Assembly (NCBI GenBank): GCA_963774265.1
Contig: CAVZDU010000004.1
Location: 1 to 35,312, forward strand
Source: an uncultured Chloroflexia bacterium
Lineage (GTDB): Bacteria; Chloroflexota; Anaerolineae; CG2-30-64-16
DNA: 35,312 bases
Reading direction: 5' to 3'
Shown here: one piece after another, positions 30,626-35,312 of the stretch
Layout of the letters: each line of letters begins with the position of its first letter
Numbering within the stretch: position 1 is the stretch's first letter
Translations under genes and position numbers: made by a program
Notes under the pieces: model-generated
The model's database searches: none
What the model saw: the letters and a program-made list of their open reading frames with translations, nothing else
Told to the model about the DNA's origin: nothing

Positions 30626-30655
30626 TTGACACTCGCTCTCTCCTACATATACAAT
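30626..30655 (+). promoter_or_regulatory. Sigma70-type promoter of the ATP-grasp gene
   Basis: TTGACA-18 nt-TACAAT. Confidence 0.55.
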
Positions 30656-30718
30656 ATGTGCGGAATGTTCCATGCTTGTTTTGCTTAGATCTTACCTGCA
30701 CGTTATCGAGGCGCCCTG

Positions 30719-31882
30719 ATGAACTACGTCCATCTCTCTCCGCACTTTCCGCCGAACTACTATCTCTTTTCGGTCAACCTGGCGCGCCTTAGCGTCAACG
30801 TCCTCGGGCTTGCTGACGAGCCGTATGAGAATCTCCGCCCCGAACTCCGCGAAATCCTGGCTGAGTACTACTATGTCAGCGACATGCATAACTACGATGA
30901 TCTGCTGCGCGCCTGCGGTTACCTGACGCATCGGCACGGCAGGCTCCACCGACTCGACGCGCATTCCGAGTACTGGATGGAGACCGAGGCCCGGCTGCGC
31001 ACCGATTTCAACATTCCTGGTCCCCGCCTGGGCGATATCGCGGCCTACAAGCGTAAGTCGCTCATGAAGGCAGCCTACATACGTGCGGGTGTGCCGGTCG
31101 CGGCCGGTGCGCTCGTCCAAACCCTCGGAGACGCGTTGGCTGTGGTCGACCGGACCGGCTACCCCCTGTGCGCCAAACCCGATATCGGCGTCGGCGCGGC
31201 CAACACGTTCCGCATCGATAACCGCGCGGCGCTCGAACGCTTTTTCGCCACGAAGCCTCCGGTTGACTATCTTCTTGAAGAATTCGTTGTGGGCGAGATT
31301 GTCTCGTTCGACGGCATAGCCGATCGGGACGGCAAGCCGGTCTTCTACGGCTCACTCGTCTTCAGCCAGGGCATCATGGAGACCGTGAATGAGGACCGCC
31401 ACCTCTACTTCTACACTGAGCGCGAGATCGCGCCTGATCTGGAAGAGGCAGGGCGCCGCATTCTCAAGGAGTTCGACATACGCGAGCGCTTCTTCCACTT
31501 CGAGTTCTTTCGCACCCCCGACGGCCGCCTGGTCGCGTTGGAGGTCAACGTCCGGCCGCCCGGTGGGGCCGCTCTCGACGTGTATAACATTTCTTGCGAA
31601 GTCGACTTGTATTGGGGCTGGGCCAATGTCGTGGTGAACAACCGGTTCGTCGACAGCTACAGCCGCAAGTACTACTGCTGTTACGTGGGCCGGAAGTTCA
31701 ACAAGTCCTACCTGCACACACATGAGGACGTCTTGAGCGCGTTTGGGTACTGCATCGTGCACCATGAGACGGTCAGCCCCATCTTCAGCCTGGCCATGAG
31801 CGACTATGTTTACATGGTCCGTACGCCTGACCGCGACGAGATGTTCGCTGCGACGCGCTATATCCAGCAGATGCAGGGTTGA
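30719..31882 (+). CDS. ATP-grasp domain protein (putative carboxylate-amine ligase)
   Basis: KRKSLMK, AKPDIGVGA, LEEFVVG, FHFEFF, LEVNVRPPGG. Confidence 0.85.
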   Translation: MNYVHLSPHFPPNYYLFSVNLARLSVNVLGLADEPYENLRPELREILAEYYYVSDMHNYDDLLRACGYLTHRHGRLHRLDAHSEYWMETEARLRTDFNIPGPRLGDIAAYKRKSLMKAAYIRAGVPVAAGALVQTLGDALAVVDRTGYPLCAKPDIGVGAANTFRIDNRAALERFFATKPPVDYLLEEFVVGEIVSFDGIADRDGKPVFYGSLVFSQGIMETVNEDRHLYFYTEREIAPDLEEAGRRILKEFDIRERFFHFEFFRTPDGRLVALEVNVRPPGGAALDVYNISCEVDLYWGWANVVVNNRFVDSYSRKYYCCYVGRKFNKSYLHTHEDVLSAFGYCIVHHETVSPIFSLAMSDYVYMVRTPDRDEMFAATRYIQQMQG

Positions 31883-31995
31883 GCCGCGCGGCTCAGATGA
31901 ATCGTTCGGTGGGAGTGCCTGCACGGTGCGCTCACCTTCCCCGTTTGACAATCCCTCACCCCATTGGGGTGCAGTTGAGGCTTACTCGTCGCGCG

Positions 31996-32024
31996 TTGAC
32001 GCCCCTGACAATCTATGGTATAAA
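31996..32024 (+). promoter_or_regulatory. Sigma70 promoter with extended -10 upstream of the dksA-like gene
   Basis: TTGACG-17 nt-TATAAA, with TG at 32016-32017. Confidence 0.65.
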
Positions 32025-32062
32025 GGGCCAGCCTTTTTCCCGGCTGAATGAGGAGCCTTGCC

Positions 32063-32449
32063 GTGACAACAAGACCAGAAATCATTGCCCGCGAGCGCCG
32101 CAAGTTGGCGGTAGAACAGCAACGCATGGCGGGCGAGCTTGAGCGTCTCCGCGAAGCCCTGAAGGTGGAAGTGGATGTAGACGCCGAAGAGGGGGACCCC
32201 GATCTGATTGAGCGGGAGAAGAACGTCGCGCTCGTCGCCCAGTTGGAGGGACGCCTGGCGCGCGTCCAGGCCGCGTTGCGCTCGATCGACAAGGGGCGAT
32301 ATGGAACCTGTGAGCGCTGCGGCATTGAAATCCCCACAGAGCGCCTGGAAGTGCGCCCGGACGCCACGCTCTGTCTGTCGTGTCAGATCGAGGTCGAGAA
32401 GCTCATCAAGCGCGGGTTGATGCCGCGCGATCAACAAGAAATCGAGTGA
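32063..32449 (+). CDS. TraR/DksA C4-type zinc finger protein
   Basis: Coiled coil followed by ALRSIDKGRYGTCERCGIEIPTERLEVRPDATLCLSC. GAGGAG precedes the GTG at 32063. Confidence 0.9.
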   Translation: MTTRPEIIARERRKLAVEQQRMAGELERLREALKVEVDVDAEEGDPDLIEREKNVALVAQLEGRLARVQAALRSIDKGRYGTCERCGIEIPTERLEVRPDATLCLSCQIEVEKLIKRGLMPRDQQEIE

Positions 32450-32522
32450 CGCATGAGCGTTCTTTGCGTGAGGCCGGCATGTGAAGGCCGGCCCACCGAA
32501 CGACGGGTTGGGCGCCTCTTAG

Positions 32523-32547
32523 CGGGGGAGACTCAGCCCGTTTTTTG
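32523..32547 (+). terminator. Possible intrinsic terminator between the dksA-like gene and upp
   Basis: GCGGG...CCCGT stem followed by a T run. Confidence 0.35.
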
Positions 32548-32576
32548 TTGACACCCCATGCACCCAGGAGGATTGT

Positions 32577-33215
32577 GTGTCTACTTTGCCTGAGAACGTC
32601 TTCGTCTCAAACCACCCCTTGATCCAGCACAAGCTCTCCATCCTACGCGACAAGAGCATTGAGCCGAAAAAGTTCCGCGAATTGATTCGCGAGATTTCCA
32701 TCCTGATGGCCTATGAAGCCACATCTGACCTCAGCCTGCGGGCGAAGGACGTCGAAACCCCGCTGGCGACCGCCCACTGTCGGGAGCTGACCGACACCAT
32801 CGGGCTGGTCCCAGTCCTGCGTGCGGGCCTGGGCATGGTCGAGGGCATCTGGGAGATGATGCCCGGCGCTGAAGTCTGGCACATCGGCCTGTTTCGCGAT
32901 GAGCGCACCCTCCGTCCGGTGCAGTACTACAACAAGTTGCCCATCGCCCCAACCGTGCAAGTATGCCTGATCCTCGATCCGATGCTCGCGACCGGCGGCT
33001 CGTCCTCAGCCACGGTCGATATCCTCAAGAAGTGGGGCGCGCAGCGCATCAAGTACGTCGGCATCATCGGCGCGCCCGAGGGCGTCGCGCGGCTGCATGG
33101 CGATCATCCCGATGTGCCAATCCACCTGGCCGCGATCGACGAGCGGCTGAACGACATCGGTTACATCGTGCCCGGCTTGGGCGACGCGGGCGACCGCCAG
33201 TTTGGAACCGGTTGA
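32577..33215 (+). CDS. upp: Uracil phosphoribosyltransferase
   Basis: [37 protein letters not shown]. Confidence 0.96.
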   Translation: MSTLPENVFVSNHPLIQHKLSILRDKSIEPKKFRELIREISILMAYEATSDLSLRAKDVETPLATAHCRELTDTIGLVPVLRAGLGMVEGIWEMMPGAEVWHIGLFRDERTLRPVQYYNKLPIAPTVQVCLILDPMLATGGSSSATVDILKKWGAQRIKYVGIIGAPEGVARLHGDHPDVPIHLAAIDERLNDIGYIVPGLGDAGDRQFGTG

Positions 33216-33691
33216 TGGCAAACCAGCATATCCGTCCCTCCTGGGATGACTATTTTATGAGCATCACTTTCGAGGTGGCCAAGCGCAGCACTTGCGACCG
33301 GGCCCGCGTCGGCTCGATCGTCGTTAAGGATCGGCGCATTCTGACCACGGGCTACAATGGCTCGCCGGCCGGCTTACCGCATTGCGACGAGATCGGCCAT
33401 CTGATGATCGCGGGCCACTGTGTGCGTACCCTGCACGCGGAGCAAAATGCCCTGATCCAGGCCGCGCTGCACGGCGTCAGCGTCGCAGGCGGCACGATCT
33501 ACGTCACGCACCAGCCGTGCCTGACCTGCGCCAAGATGATCATCAACGCGGGTATCGAGCGCGTTGTCTATGCCGGCCATTACCCCGACGAGAACGCGGT
33601 CGCGTTCCTGACAGACGCGGGCGTGGAGTTGGAGCACTGGTCCGCCGTGCCGGTCCTGAACGACGTGAGCGATAACGAGCCGGCCAATTAG
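33215..33691 (+). CDS. dCMP deaminase (ComEB-like)
   Basis: RPSWDDYF, RSTC, TGYNG, HAEQNA, PCLTC. ATG overlaps the upp TGA. Confidence 0.92.
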   Translation: MANQHIRPSWDDYFMSITFEVAKRSTCDRARVGSIVVKDRRILTTGYNGSPAGLPHCDEIGHLMIAGHCVRTLHAEQNALIQAALHGVSVAGGTIYVTHQPCLTCAKMIINAGIERVVYAGHYPDENAVAFLTDAGVELEHWSAVPVLNDVSDNEPAN

Positions 33692-33701
33692 TGATGGAGC
33701 T

Positions 33702-35049
33702 ATGAGCAATCTCTTGCGCTTTCCGGATGGTTTCCGCTGGGGTGCGGCCACGGCCGCGCACCAGAACGAGGGCGGCAACAGCACCAATAACTGGTCCTTA
33801 TGGGAGCAACAGCCCCGTCGCATCGTCGATGGGCAGGTGTGCGGCCCGGCCACTAACTGGTGGGACCTCGAGACCGCCGCGGCCGACTTCGACCGTGCAG
33901 CCGAATTGGGGTTGAACGGCCTGCGCATCTCGGTCGAGTGGAGCCGCATCGAGCCCGAGCCCGGGCGAGTTCGATCCCCGAGCGCTGGCAAAGTACGGCG
34001 AGATGGTCCGCCTACTGCGGGAGCGCGGGCTGGAACCGATGGTCACGCTGCACCACTTCACGGACCCCGTGTGGCTCGGCGAATTGGGCGGCTGGGAGAA
34101 CCCGCTCATCAGTGACTACTTCTCGCGCTTCACGACGAAGGTAGTCGATGCGCTGGGCGACCAGGTCAACCTGTGGTGCACGATCAACGAGCCGACTGTC
34201 TACGCGTTCTACGGTTTCCGCGAGGGGCTCTTCCCGCCGGGCGGAAGAAGCTGGCGCCGCGCGGTGGCTGTGTTGCGCAACATGCTGCTGGCGCACGGCC
34301 GCGCGTATCGTACCATTCACCGGCTCCAGAACGACGCACGGGCGGGCCTGGCGCATCACTTGCGCTATTTCCTGCCCGCTGATCCTGCGAACCCGCTCGA
34401 CCGCCGCATCACAGCCTTCTATGACCAGATCGCCAACCGGTCGACGCTGGACGCGGTGACTACCGGCAAGCTGGGTCCGGTCGTGGGCCTGGGGCAGGTC
34501 GCCTCGCAGCTCATCGACACAAGCGACTATATCGGCCTCAACTACTACTCGACGACGCACGTACGGTTCGACCAAAGCCGACCTCGCATGATGTTTGCCA
34601 GGCAGACCTTCGTGCCTGAGCTGGCGTCGTGCGAGTGTACGTCTGACGGCCAGCCCTTTTGCGAGATCAACCCTGAGGGGATGTACCTCGCGCTCAAAGA
34701 GCTGCAGGAGTACGGCAAACCGGTGTACATCACCGAAAACGGCCTGCCGGACCGCGAGGATGTGCAGCGGCCTTACCTGCTGGCCACCTACCTGTCGGAG
34801 GTGTGGCGGGCCATCCAGGACGGTGTTGACGTGCGGGGTTACTATCACTGGACCCTGGTGGACAACTTCGAGTGGGCGGAGGGGTGGAACCTGCGCTTTG
34901 GGCTGATCGAGCTGGATCCTGCGACGGGCGAGCGCACACCGCGCACAAGCGCCGCGGTTTACGGTCGCATCGCGCAGGCCAACGGCGTCCCGCGCAAGGT
35001 GCTGGATCAGTTTGCGCCGGGGGAGGCGGGGAAGTATTTCGCGTCGTGA
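33702..35049 (+). CDS. Glycoside hydrolase family 1 (beta-glucosidase-like), frameshift near 33970
   Basis: FPDGFRWGAATAAHQNEG, RISVEWSRIEP, TINEP, ITENG, DNFEWAEG. Confidence 0.9.
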
Positions 35050-35206
35050 AGAGGGCGAGGAGCAGCCGCATCCTTCGCCCTGACGGAGCGTCCTGAGCGG
35101 AGTTGTCATGGCCTTCTCGGCCACCGTACTGCCTGAAAATGCCTGAGCGAGCATCCTGAGCGGAGGCCTCGAAGGGGACGCACTCGAGGGATGCGGCCCC
35201 TATGTT

Positions 35207-35235
35207 TTGTCAGCCCGCCCCAATTGTGCTAACAT
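35207..35235 (+). promoter_or_regulatory. tRNA promoter
   Basis: TTGTCA-17 nt-TAACAT with a TG extension and a GC-rich discriminator GGCCCC. Confidence 0.6.
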
Positions 35236-35246
35236 GGCCCCGTTAC

Positions 35247-35312
<66 letters not shown>

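Noticed and set aside
35091-35194. TCCTGAGCGGAG repeated at 35091 and 35154 as an attachment site or ncRNA next to tRNA-Lys
   Set aside because: It lies 5' of the tRNA and does not match tRNA sequence. More likely a degenerate intergenic repeat, and too weak to call.

Overview
GC-rich bacterial chromosomal window. Gene content and intergenic repeat style suggest Chloroflexota/Anaerolineae, which is an inference. Left part (1-19.7 kb): the 3' part of metF, a vapBC module, and a compact nine-gene minus-strand cluster (alpha/beta hydrolase, PEMT-like protein, SxxK serine hydrolase, lipoyl-less E2-like acyltransferase, membrane M28 peptidase, class III aminotransferase, DUF4389, membrane protein, SAM methyltransferase). 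These are followed by a CMD protein, a ThDP E1 alpha/beta pair, a DinB-like protein, an internally deleted msrB, a TolB-like propeller protein and a MacAB-type ABC exporter. Right part: pgm, GNAT, CBS protein, acyl-CoA dehydrogenase, DUF3786, a peroxiredoxin-glutaredoxin fusion, corA, queA, ruvB, a second vapBC, an ATP-grasp enzyme, DksA/TraR, upp, dCMP deaminase, a GH1 glycosidase and a window-truncated tRNA-Lys(UUU). Many genes carry frameshifts, which may be sequencing indels. The top finding is 25103-25873, missed in full by the ORF track: an AhpE-like peroxiredoxin whose peroxidatic codon 45 is an in-frame TGA followed by a SECIS-like hairpin (candidate selenoprotein), fused to a mycoredoxin/NrdH-like CxxC domain. 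Other notable items are a microhomology-type deletion in msrB, a repeat-like in-frame insert in queA, several REP-like palindrome families, and a phased 11-bp regulator box upstream of the exporter.
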